From Ylistrum balloti (Eukaryota), in NCBI RefSeq assembly GCF_031769215.1, contig NW_026782729.1, positions 558,001-622,000 on the forward strand: a stretch of 64,000 nt of DNA, read 5' to 3'. Below the pieces are notes generated by a model. The model was not told where the DNA came from. It searched no databases and worked only from the letters and a program-made list of their open reading frames with translations. Shown here piece by piece: positions 38,501 through 51,053 of this stretch (the stretch's first letter is position 1; each line of letters opens with the position of its first letter). The position numbers and the translations under genes were made by a program.

Positions 38501-41500
38501 AGAACACGATACTAATTTTTGATTGATTTTGCCATTTTACAGAAATGTGAATGAAATAGTTTCAGTTATGATAAATGTTGATCAAAATGAATACAGCTTT
38601 TTATTCTGTAAATAATAATGCAATTGGCAAATAGTTAATGAATCAATAAGGATATCAATCTGCCAATTGTGAACAAAATACTGTGTCATAGTTAATTGTG
38701 GGCGATATTCTTTTACTTAAATACCTAGCAAACATTTTTACGAATTGTTAGAAAATGTACTTTATATGTATGTATACATAGAAACCAATATAAATGTAAA
38801 TGAAAAGGAAATCCACAAACCAGCAAAGACAGGTTAGAAAGTACTAATTTTCCTTGTAAGGATCAGTTATTTCTTCGCTAGCCATCTTGTTGATAAGTCT
38901 TAATATAGATAAATCATGACCTCATTAAGGATCAGGTCAATGATATTTATGAAGCTTACTCTGGCAACCGATTCCACTTTTAAGTGTCCTGAAACAACTT
39001 TTTATCAAGTTATCTCAAAACATGATTCCTTCTTTTTCAATGAAGCCTTACCTTTAACTGGCAGCACTGCTAGGTGATCATTTTTGTTATGTTTTTGTGG
39101 GGTCTTCATTGTCCTAGGGACCCATGGTCGATCATAAGGATTCATAGCCTTTTAAAAAAGGAATAACACATGTATTATGATGTGCATCAAATAAACAGTC
39201 ATTGTAATATTTTTTGTCCTTGTCAGCGGTAAAACATTGTTTGCAGTTAAGGATTTACTCCTCTGAGAAGTAAAAAACATCCAGTATTTAACTTTTTTTC
39301 TGATGATTTTATTAAAGGTTTGATTTCAGAAAGCAGATTAAAAGCAAAAGATGAATGTTTCTGCACTGCTTTTTCCGATACAGGCATCAGAATATGTGTA
39401 ACATACAATAATTCATTTTCCACAAATTCTTATTTTTTTCCAGAATAAAATATATTCTCTCTTGTTCTCTTGAGGAGTACATCCTTAAGTTATTTGACAT
39501 ATAGATAATATATGTATGAATTGGTATCGTGGAGACTTCTGATCTCTTATTTTTGAGATGATACATGAAAAAATGTTTCAATATGATTACTTTTAACACC
39601 AACGAAAATATCAATATCTGCAACTTTCAACTATTCAATATTTACTGGACAAGATATATACATACATACTCAAATTGAGGAAAGAGTACCTGCTGATGTT
39701 TTTTTCCATGTAGATGTTGAAGAACGCTGTATACACTACCAGATTCTGTGTTACACACTTTACACCAGTGACCTCCAGGATCAAAAAACTCGTACTTCTT
39801 AACACGTGCCTGAGTAAATAAAGAGAAATATTCCCTTCTATCTGATTAAAAATAGTAGAAGGGTTGTTTGTTTCTGAGGTATCATTCATATTTTAAGTTA
39901 GAGCAATAATATGCTATTATCATCTAAAATTCAGAAACAGCTGATATTAGACATAGTGGAAAAAAAAACCCATGTAAAATATGAAAATATTGTCAAATCT
40001 CCTTTAAAAGCCACCTGTTTATAACAAGTACTTGTCTATTAAGGCCACTGTTTTGGGTCTCAATGTATTCATACTAAATTGCCTATAAACGTTGTTTTTC
40101 TCTGATCACTCAAATGGCCTTTATACAGACTAATGTAATGGTATTTATACCTGTTGATTTTTCTTTCGTTTCTGTAACTCCTCATTGCTCCGTACACCTT
40201 TACTTTCCTTAGCATCTTCTGCCGAAGCTCCGTCTTTTTCAATTTCAGGTTTATGATTTGGATCAATTTTACACTCTTTCAAAATCTTTGAATTTTCCTC
40301 AGCAGCTTTTCGAAGTTTTGATATTTGTGCAGATATGTCATCCTGCAGTTTGTTATTCTGCAGCAGCACTGGATCTTTATGTCCATCTTTTTGTCTGCGT
40401 ATCTTTCTCATCATTTCATTTTGCTGTTTCCTCAATTTTTGTAATTCTGCTTCCAAAGATTCAATCTTCTGACGTCTCTGTTCCCTTTCTTTTAATAAAG
40501 CATTTCTTTCTTTTGGTGTGAGCACCTTTTGAGGAGAATCTGCTGTCTGCTTTTCAGGAGGACCTTTTGGTTTATCAATTTTAGGAGGAAGAACAGTTCT
40601 GTTGGTTTCTTTTGGGGAAATTGTTACTGTTTTTTTCTCGATGGTGATTGTCTTTTTCTCCAGGATTTCTTCCTGCATTTCGTCTTTATTTACAGTTGAC
40701 TGGTGGTCTGTAGTGACAGGCTTTCTCATTTGAGGGGGTATGCTATGAGGTGCTGGGGGTGGACCATGAGTGGGAGGTGGACCATGGAAGATTTGGCCAG
40801 GAGGTGGATTATGAGTGGGATGAAATGGGGTACTTTGAGGTGGGTAATTTCCATAGCTGGAATAAGAACCAGAATCAAAACTTTGGGGAGGAGGCCCATA
40901 CCCATATGGGGGAGGTGCATTATACATTGACCCCACATTTGCTCCAGAATAAGGAGGAATAGCTCCTTGATTTGTCTGTGTAGAAGATGCTGAGGATGAA
41001 TTTGTGTAGTCAGACAAACCAGGTGGATATGCTGGTTGTGAATATGATGTTGCTCCAGAATAGACAGAATACTGTGTATCCGAACGTGGAATCTGTCTTT
41101 GGAAAGATATACCAGATGACAGATTCTCCGAGGACAGAGTTGGATCTTCATATGTAGACTCATCAAACATGTCACTTGATGATTTTTTCAATTGTTCCAC
41201 TGATGCTCTCTTCCTTTCCATATCTAAGAAATCTTTCTCCCTGGTTCTTTCTCTCTTGTAAGTTTCTGAACGTCTTTCCTGTTCTGAAGGTTTTTGTTCC
41301 ATCTTTTTGTACCTTTCTCTAGTTTCATTTTCATGGTCATGTTTCCTCTCAGTTGACTTTGGTGGACCTACTTTTGCTTCTCGCATCAAAATATCAACTA
41401 TTGATTCTTCTTTTTTCTTGAAGAGCTTGGCTTTGATATCATCAGAAATTCCCCCTTCTAAAAAGGATGCAGTCTGATTGATACCAAACTGTTCCTCTTC

Positions 41501-44393
41501 CTTCTTTGGTTTCTGAATTGGTGTTGAATTGCTTGCCTTTTCTTGCATTCTTCTTGACATTTCAAAGTCAAATCCTATGGATTTTAGAATATTTTCTATC
41601 GTAGGATCATATTTTTGTTTTGGCTCCTCTGTAGAAACCTGGCTTGTATATGGGATGGTTTGCGGTATATGGATAGGTTCTTGGGATGTAGAAGCATTTT
41701 GGGAAGGTTGTGGAGTAGGTTGTAGGATTGTAGGCAATTCATTCCCAGAGGTGAATAAACTTAACAAGTCTGGCTTAAAAGCTTGAGTAAAGGCTGGAGG
41801 TTGAACAGTTACAGGTTTTTCCTGCACTGAGGTGATATCTCTTATAGCAGAAGGGTATGAATTATGCTTCAATCTTTGGTCCTCAAGGAAAGAAGAAACA
41901 GATGAACGCAGTTGGTCTTCTGCAGTGGGTCTGCTGGGCTGGTCAACAATTTGATGATCCAAGAAACATGAGTCTAAATTTCTTTCTTGATCCTGTGTTT
42001 GACGAGAATCTGCATAATTTCTCTGCCCAACAGAAGATGACAATCTACTGAAGCGATCATCTTTTGAATAAGAATCTGGCTGTACATGTCTATGATCTAC
42101 TTCAGTGTAAAATGCATCCTCTGATCTATATTTGGACTCAACTGAGGGTTTTGAGCCAATCTTGTTCAAATTGCCTTTTTCCAAATCAAAGTCATCGTCG
42201 CCATACAAGAATTTTTCCTCATCTTCGATATCCATGTAAGAGGACATTCCTGGTAATCCAGATCTAGAGTTTCCTCTACCATCACTTGATTGCTGATCAT
42301 TGAAAAGCGTGCCACCAATGGTCTTTTCATTGTTATGTTGTATCCTTGCATCTGTTCCCTGTTTATCCAACACAGGTGTTTGACGCATGATAGGAAACAA
42401 ATTCTTCTCTTCCATTGCAGATGGATTTGTGGTCTGGTTAGTTGAAGTTTCTTCTGATGAAGACTTCTTTTTCAAAATAGATTTTAAAGGTTTTGGTGTA
42501 GGAGGTATAAGAGGAAATGTAGGTCTCAAATCATCTGAACTTGACCTGTTTATATTCTGATAGTCATCCCTATTTGGTAAATCTCTGTGTCCACCTAAGA
42601 GTTCTCTTTCAGTTCTGTCTTCAGTATCATGCCTGTGATCAACATCTCTAAAAAAGCTGTCACTTTCTGGTTCCCTATATCCACCCTGACGCTCCAAACT
42701 ATCCCTGTTATTTCCTCTTCTATCAATGCTTCCTCCTCTTCTGTGATTGGTGTCTTCTTTGTACCTTTCATCCCCACTGTATCTGTTGTATCTGCCTCGT
42801 ACATCTCTGTTAAGATCTATGTTCCTTTCTTCATATCTGTCACTTGGATATTCTCTATTTCTCTGTCTGTTAGAATCATACCCTCCACTCCTTCCTATTG
42901 CAAAATCCCTGTCATGTCTTCGGTCTCCATGCTCATAGTATTTGGCCTCTTGATTATAACCATCAAACTTGTTAAAAGAATCTGTGTCAGATTTGCGATG
43001 ATTATTTGGTAAGTCATTATATGGGGAACTGTCAACAGGGGGGCCAAGTCTTCCTGATAATGGACTCCTGGTTTTCTCCTTATAGATGTCATTACCAACA
43101 GTAATTCGCAAGGATTCAGTAGCCGGAATATCTTTTGAATACTGAAATGAGTAAGAAAAGTATCAGCGATATAACCTTATTGAATATTTTATACTCTGTT
43201 TTGTTTCAAGCTCTCAATAGTCAAATATTAATGAACTTGAGAATCTAAGCAATATTTGATGCCACACAGCTTAAACTTCTGATAAGAGAGGACATATTTA
43301 AACCTTTTCAATTGATGTTAGGGACTCAGGGTGCACTTCAGTTGTTATAACTTAAAAGGAAAGAAAATGCAGTTAAGACCAAAGTGCCAAACTAAGATTC
43401 AAACTTGACATTTAAACTTACTGGAGCCAACTTGCCATCACCAATCAGTAGTCATTAATGTACTTGTATAAGCACGCTCCCCAAAACACTCTTAATGTTA
43501 ATTGAAGACTTTGTCAAGGAAACAAAGTTCATACAGTGACTCCTATTCATTATGATATCAATACCATTCATATTCCTGAAATATTTTCATAAGAAAAATA
43601 ACCTTAGGTAAATGCTGATAGCTCCAGTGACAAATATAATGCCACTGCTAACAAGCCCTTAGTTAACCTATCCAAGTTTAGGAGACAAATGAGGAAAAGC
43701 ACATGCCTATTTCAACAGAGGCCGAAGTTAAGTTGGATTTACTGTATTTACATTCTTGAAACCCATGCCATGACCACTGAATTAGGCCAAACCCTGACAC
43801 AGCATTGATCAAAACTTAAACTAACCCAATCCTACTACAAATTCAAGCTTTATGTGATCCTATGCAATCCTGCTATACTCGAAACACAACTTTTACACAT
43901 TAACATTTTATGTTATGCATCTCGTTATTTGAATTCACTTATTTTCTATTGTTTTTATTCTTTTTTCAATTTCAATGGCTTGAAAAAAACATTTCAATTC
44001 AGGTTCAGTCAAAACTTTCACTTCAGGACTGGTTAACGTTGTATTTGAATCTTATTATCTGCCATCGACACGCCTAGATATTAATAGTTTTCTGAACAAG
44101 CCAAGACTTTTTTTTTTGGTCTCAAATGCTTATCCTCGAGGTAACAAAAAAGTTGATCGTGTTGGCCATGAGGTAACCTGTGTTCTTAACGGTGAACGCG
44201 AACGATCCCGACTTCTGTGACGGTCTCGACCGTGTGATGAGCGTTCCCGGCTATTGCTACGTCCTGAACGTCCATGCTGATCTCGCTTCGATCCATAGGA
44301 GTCACCACTATTCGATTTCCGTGTTGATGCGTGAATACCTCCCTCTCGCTTGACAGTGTTGTGTGACCCCTTCCCTCGTCCGAGAAACCCCAT
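35584..44393 (-). CDS. ZNF318: Zinc finger protein 318 ortholog, ~1601 aa; exons 44178-44393, 40151-43141, 39690-39809, 39052-39148, 38066-38184, 36066-37242, 35584-35669
   Basis: The exons join in frame (4806 nt) through GT-AG sites. I recognise these ZNF318 blocks: SLRITVGND, LKSILKK, DIEDEEKFLYGD, the coiled coil ending KDGHKDP, matrin-type fingers HWCKVC...HLHGKKH and FYCTLC...HIKTESH, and NPYDRPW. The N-terminus is RS-rich and the C-terminus is acidic (DFEVVDE). Confidence 0.88.
37505..37938 (+). mobile_element. Possible decayed non-autonomous Helentron-like element in a ZNF318 intron
   Basis: Contains internal gtgacc/ctatgacc motifs. The end caagaactcaccaacattttgtgccatgtgaactaaaa resembles, from memory, the AGCTCAC...GTGAGCTAAAA terminus. 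Confidence 0.3.
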
Positions 44394-44656
44394 GCTAATG
44401 CGTTAAAACCTCGCTGCACTACCCTGTAACACTACTTTTTCGTCGCCATATCAGTGCCCCCTCTCCTTCTCGATTATGCGCATGCCCGAATCGTAAATGG
44501 TACCAAACCGTAAAATTTTGGTGGATTTCTTGTTTTCTTCTATCGCATTTCAATCAAATGACATTAATAAAAACCATTTTAATTCAATTTTCTACGCAAT
44601 TATTATGTCAAACTCTAATTACTTTGCTTTGTAAAACATGTAAATATATTACGACA
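44394..44656. promoter_or_regulatory. Compact bidirectional promoter region between ZNF318 and the myosin gene
   Basis: The divergent ATGs are 263 bp apart. The region is locally CpG-rich, with an NRF1-like TGCGCATGC at 44477-44485. Confidence 0.6.
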
Positions 44657-44720
44657 ATGCCCACACACACTTGGCTGACTCGGTCGGGAGTGGCGGTGAA
44701 GTTGAAAGAGTTGCCGTACG
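44657..44720 (+). CDS. Probable first coding exon of an unconventional myosin (MPTHTWLTRSGVAVKLKELPY-G)
   Basis: ATG at 44657, then 21 codons plus 1 nt, then a strong donor CG|GTAAGC. Phase 1 matches the acceptor at 48300. An alternative micro-exon ATG GAG A|gttagt at 44802-44808 also fits the phase. Confidence 0.6.
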
Positions 44721-47700
44721 GTAAGCGAGCTGCGTGAGTCACTCGCAACGCTGGGCACAAGGCAAGCGAGTAGTGTGATTAAACCACCGTTATTCATTCG
44801 GATGGAGAGTTAGTTATGTAGTGAATTTCGGACAAAAAGGAAAAGTATTTCGGGCAAAAATGTCATCTATTTTGGAAAGACCTCAACTCGCCTCACGGGG
44901 TACGTATGTGTGCGTCTAGTCAGCATCACCATCTTTTGTTCGCGAATCATGATCAACTTAGATGTTCGATATTGCTTTGTACTGTGTAAACACACTGACA
45001 GTAGAGAACAGCGGAGTGTCATGTTTCCTTACAGATAACAATACACATCCGATAGGAACAAAGTCTCAACTTTTCCTTTTCTTTCTTTTTTCTTTTTTTC
45101 GTCGATCAGCAGATGTTATGATTATTCAATATATGTAAATTTTGTTCCTGGAATTCTTCTGTTAAGGTTACTTGGGTTGTACAATTTGTTAGTCTGTGGT
45201 TATTAGACGAACATATAAGCTGTAAGTTTTTCATCATTTAAAATTAGATTGTCTTGAAAAATTAAAAATACTGTACTGAGACAGTACATTTCATTTCATA
45301 AGATTATTTAATAAGTTTTAATATACAAAAAGAATTGTCCAAGCATATGCTGATACAGTGACTTTCATTGTAAGAACCAATATTTGTTTTGTTCATACAA
45401 AGATATATTCAACCAATTTCTGTTGATTATAAAGGCAAAGAATGACCACATCAACATTTTTGAATACTTTTGATTCACCCTAAAGAATTAATATTGTTAA
45501 TACATGTTATTATAACGTTACCAATTTACTGCATATTAAAAAGTATCTCAAACATAATGACCCAATTATATAAGATTTATGAAGCATATTTGCTGATTAG
45601 TAACATATGTATATCTTTACAAGAATGTTGTATTTTGTAAGTTTAGGTTTCATAATGATAAACTTGGCTCAGTAATGTGTGGTATATATCATTTTACAAG
45701 TATATCTCTGAAGAGAATTTTTCTGCAGAAGGAAAAACAATGATAATAGAATTCTAATTTACATTTAAATGTTTTGTTTATAAGTAGGGAGTCAAGCTGT
45801 ACTTCTACAAACATGAGTTTTACATGTGCAATCTCTCCTCTTTGTCATTTTAGGGTTGTTATTTTACCCAGTACATCACATGTATTGATTTTTATTTTGG
45901 TATTGGATCTTTACCTGTTGAACCAACAGAAGCTACAGTCAGTGTGAATCACCCATGCTGTTATTTACACCTGCTTAGTCTATTCCCCAGTGTATAGTTT
46001 ATAACTGATATAATATAAGTTACACCTATATATCGCACACATGTGTCTCTAGAAATCAGACTGTGAGTTATGGTTATCGTTGATTGACAGCACTAGGAAT
46101 TTACAGGTAGCTATAAATAAGCTGGTCACCATAGTAAAGCCGCTGTACACTAGCATTAGGTATACACCATAAGGTCATGCATAATGAATAGGCAGGTTAC
46201 AAAGATATTATTACATAATGACTCGACACCAGTCTTTAACCATGCATGAGAATAAGGAGTGCACCGGTCTAACTCTTGACACAAGGTATGTGGATACACA
46301 CCACTACCCTTCGGCAATGATAGTCAATGAATACCCATGTAAGCAGCGAGTGTGTGTACAGCTAGTATTCTACAATGATTAATAAACACATTTATAATTG
46401 GTCTGTGTATTTTCAAATATTTACAATAGCTTTCTTTTGTTTTTGTTTTTTTTTATATTTTTTTGTCTTTAATTTTCCTATCAGATATATTTTTCGCATA
46501 CAATATTAGAAAATTTTGCACATGAGTTGAAGTGATAATGTTCAGAAGATAAAAGAATAAATACCATTTGTTGTTGGATGATTATCAGGGTCTCTCTAAA
46601 TTGGCCTCAAACCTTGACTCTAGTTCAGAATTCTATCCATTCTGTATGTATTGTTGTCAAATGATTTAGTGACAAGAAAATGCTTTTCAACTTACAGCTG
46701 ACAATTTAATTCAAACTTTTCTCCAAAGTGGCCACATTACATTTAAAGTTTCTAACTTATAAGGGTGTCTGGTTTTAAGAGAATTCCTGATCACTGTGTG
46801 GTCTTAAGCAACAAGCTTTATTTTATCAATATTCATCATTCTGAAATAGCTAGTAAGAAGTTTCAAGTACATCGTAAATATTGGCTATTCCTGTAAGTCT
46901 TGAGAATGCCAGAAGAGGCATGCTAGCCTACTAGGAAAATTAGATCCTTCTTATATGTATGCATGCATGCATTTATGGAGGTCTTTACCCCATTTACTTC
47001 CATAAATATATGCATATCATCATTAGGTCTGATCACCAATACACATGCAATGTTCATGTTTATATTCTGAGCTGTCAAATAAAAGATATTTGTGTATTGA
47101 AAACATGGATATGTGTGATATTGTAGTACACTGCAGTATAGAGTGAGCATATGTGTTGTACAAAAAAAGAATAATTGTCATTCATGTGTTTAGTAAGTGG
47201 TATATATCTGTCATCAAAGGAACATTTATCTTTGTTTTTCTCATACAATTATTATTATGTATGATAAAGCTATTATTTCATATCTGTACTTTACAAAAGT
47301 CACAGTCATGAATGAAAACAATGAAAATAACACTAATTCTTTCCAACATTGCAGTCTTGTTTGGTTGTAAACTGTAATGTTTTATGGCTATCATAAAAGT
47401 GATAGCTGGGTATTGACTTTTACGGGGTGGATTCATGCATTGTTTGTTATGCCATTCACTACATGACTCATGGTCTGCTCATGCCATGTATATTATAGAA
47501 TATTACACATGTTTATAGTCAGTGATCGAAGGGGCCATCAGTTTTATAGATGTGCATGCACAAGGATCAGATCATATTAGGCTGTATTAGCTACTGCACA
47601 TAGAATAAGTCATCAATATACTAGTCACATTATGATCATTTTCAGATCTTATTTGATCACTAGGTCATGATCATATATCGACAAAGTAACTGCCTTTAAT

Positions 47701-48299
47701 GCAAATATGCAGCTGGGTCTACATCATTTTCATCAAGCAAATTATTTGACAAATCATCCTGATTTCTTTCAAGCTTATAAATCAGTGGTTAGAAATTCAG
47801 GACACATAATATTAATAAGCAGAACAACTATCTTTGCAAAGATATAACTAGATACACATATGAAAACATTTATTTGAGAAAGACTAATTCTAATTAAACA
47901 CCCTGATTCAGTAGATAATTCCTTCCATGAGATTTCTTACTAGGAGGTATTAGATTGTTGTTTATTATTTATTACTAATATGATTTAATCTTATTAACAT
48001 TTGGATGGTAAATTTATGGGAATTAGTACAGTTTTTAGCCAATGTAGGTTAGCATTGCCCAATACTGAAATAAAAATCTAGACATAAACTGTATAGGTGT
48101 TAATGTTAATACATGTACAAATAGTTCCCCAACATGTTGAAATATATCGAAGTCGAATGATATTTTGAAATGATATCAGATACATTATTTTATCAAAATG
48201 TTACATGAAAATATCAGTAAGTATATTAATTTCTGTGACCATGTGACCTTTTACAAGGTAGTTAATTTTTGTATTAATATATTGATTTTCACTTTCCAG

Positions 48300-48406
48300 G
48301 TGCCCGACCCGAAGATGGAGTTAGTGATATGACAATTATCAGTGATATTGATGAGAAAGGAATCAACATCAATTTGCGAACTCGTTATAAAAAGGACCAG
48401 ATTTAT
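48300..48406 (+). CDS. Unconventional myosin motor domain exon (ARPEDGVSDMTIISDIDEKGININLRTRYKKDQIY)
   Basis: Bounded by ttttcactttccag| and |gtatcc. It encodes the classic myosin head N-terminal motif (DM..L..L.E..I..NL..RY..D.IY). From memory it resembles the class XXII MyTH4-FERM type, which I have not verified. Confidence 0.88.
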
Positions 48407-50984
48407 GTATCCTTTTGTCTTAAAATTATATGTATGTACTAATCAAGTTGTGTAAGTATGGATTGAAATAATTGATTTGACCAAAAAAAAAAAAAGGGTG
48501 TGGGTGGGGGTTGGAAATTGTGCATGCATTACAGGAATTATACAGGATATTATATCTTGACATATGTGGGAATGTATACACTGCATTACATTGCTGCAGT
48601 ATTACTATTTACCTGTTGCTGTCATGATGTCTTTGGTTCTGTTCTTGTATCATTGTGTTTACAGAGCTACATGATTATTTAATGTACATGCAAAGTAACA
48701 ACTGAAAATAGTGTGATTGCTTCAAAGCTATGTATAAAGAAAAAAAGTTATTGCAAACACATGAGTTCAGCATAAGCACTTACATTGCTAAATCTTCAGA
48801 TGCTTAACCACAGTAACAATAATGTTGACATCATAGATACTTTGACTGAACATTTGTAATTGAGGTCAGTGAGGTCATATATGTATGTTTCCCATTAAAA
48901 GCCTAACATACATTGCTTGCATGGCAAAATTACCAGTATGTGATATTCATTGGGATTTCGTGGGTGCTTTTATAATTAGTTACACAGTTTGCTGTTGCAA
49001 TAATTGTCACTACACTGTATACAGAGTAAAAGAGCAATGTTCCATTTGTTTTTAATTAATGCTGATAAATTTATTATTCAAATAAAGATAGATATAAAGT
49101 GCTTATCTCTTTAGGCTACTTTTTGGTTGGCCATGTAAGCATGTACAGGGTATATAATCAATACAACCACAATTACAGGAAATTCAGCCTCCATCAGTTG
49201 TTAGGTATGCATTGATATGTATCTGTGTAATAGGCAATTGATAGACAGGCTTACTTTCACTGACATGTGCTATTTTAGGCTCATTGGATTTACCTAAATA
49301 TGTATGATAAGCAATGATTTATTTGGTTAACTACTGATAAAATGTTAGTTTTTTTTGTAGGGTATGCATAGTTGTTAAAATCACCAGTTAAACCCAATGT
49401 TTTGATTGCACAACATACTTGTAGCTTATGTATATCTGTAGATCTTTTGATATTATTTTTATTTTGGAATGTCTAGATCTTTGTTTGTGATTCCAATGTT
49501 CATGCAAATAAATAATGATATATTTTCTGATAAAGTTATGGTATTAGAAAATTACGTCATTTGTCAGTAGGTAGATGAACCATTGGTTTTAAGAAACATT
49601 CATGTGCAGATACATTTTTTTTATCTGTGTTTAATCAGTACTTGAAATGATACAAGTCTTCTGTACTTAAAGCTGTATATTTTGTGATATACCAAAAGTT
49701 CAGAATTCATATGTAATTTAGTTTTTGGTTAAAAAAGAAACAAGGTAGTATTGTATATGAATATTTAGTCATGCAGAGTTACAGATCTGAAAGATGTGCA
49801 CAAAATTAGCTTATAGACATATGTGCATAACTGAAGTGCACCTTAAAACATAAGTGCATATAATATTATCAACTACTCAAAACAAACGGAAAAGGAAGTT
49901 GGGCCTGTACCAAGCATGACAGACTTTAGTTAACATACACACTGAGATTTGTACAACCTTTCAAGTGCACAGGAAGAGTGCGGTGCCACAGATATGTTCT
50001 ATGTCCTATCTGGCGGTTTTGCTCACCTCCAGACTCCCTCAAATTCCTTACACTGATAAATTTTCTCTAGATTACAGGGTTCAATCTGGAATGTTTAGTC
50101 TGGCAAGATGAACACATATATCTATCTTAGGAAAAACTGAAGTTTTACATAATTTGTAATTTTATTTCATATCTTGTAATCACAGATAGAGGATTTCCAC
50201 AAGCTCAAACTACCAGTATATATAAACATTTTATGTAGGACAGGAATTTACTTCCTGTGGAAAATGGAAATGGTATCAGAGCAGGTGTCAGCTAGGGAAT
50301 CGGTTATAGGAAGAGCACAGATGTTAATTAAAACAAGTCCATCTTGGAATCAGTTTCAACATAAAAAAGACATGTGTCCATGTTTTCTGATATATGGGTC
50401 AGATTTGTTTTATGAGAACTTGGAGTGTAATCATATAAAAAATAATACACCTCTAATTTATTTAGCCCCATATGGACAAGAATGTAGTAGTAGTAGTACA
50501 ACAAGTTATCATCTGACAGTGGAGCCATTTTGATGAAAGAAAACCGATAAATACATACAGATTAACAAGACTTTATGTTACGCTTATGTATATGTTACAT
50601 ACAGAGATGGCAGAATAAAAATTTAGATATACTTATATGTAAGTTGTATGCCTCAGATCTTACGCTTTACTAGTTTTTATATCATTATTAAATAGGTATA
50701 ATGGACTATTAAATTCATGGAACAATCTGTTGCCTTGTTTCATGGCAATGTTTTGTTTTCTTCACCACATGAACAGTCACAGTCTTTTAGAGGTGGAGAC
50801 GCCTTGTCCTTGTAGAGGATTGTGGCTACCTTACTGAATGACGTATACGAGGCCCATCACATGCCATCAAGAGCAATTGTGATAAAGTGTACATGTCTTA
50901 CCCATGATAGCACAGAGTAGCCGTCTCTTCCTAATTATGTTTAGCTTCCTGAGAAATACAAACGGTTATGTATATAAGGGTAGG

Positions 50985-51053
50985 GAGGATCAAATCACAG
51001 ACCTCAGATCTTCTGGTGATGTCTAGGCCAACGCTCTACCGACTAAGGCAACT
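50985..51053 (-). mobile_element. Decayed tRNA-derived SINE head
   Basis: The minus strand has an A-box-like tagtcggtagagcg and a degenerate B-box-like gtgatttgatcc at tRNA-like spacing. It cannot fold as an intact tRNA. Confidence 0.4.

Noticed and set aside
44186-44419. Alternative-frame 77-aa ORF as the ZNF318 N-terminus
   Set aside because: It starts at GTG, does not splice in frame to exon 2, and lacks the RS-rich character expected.
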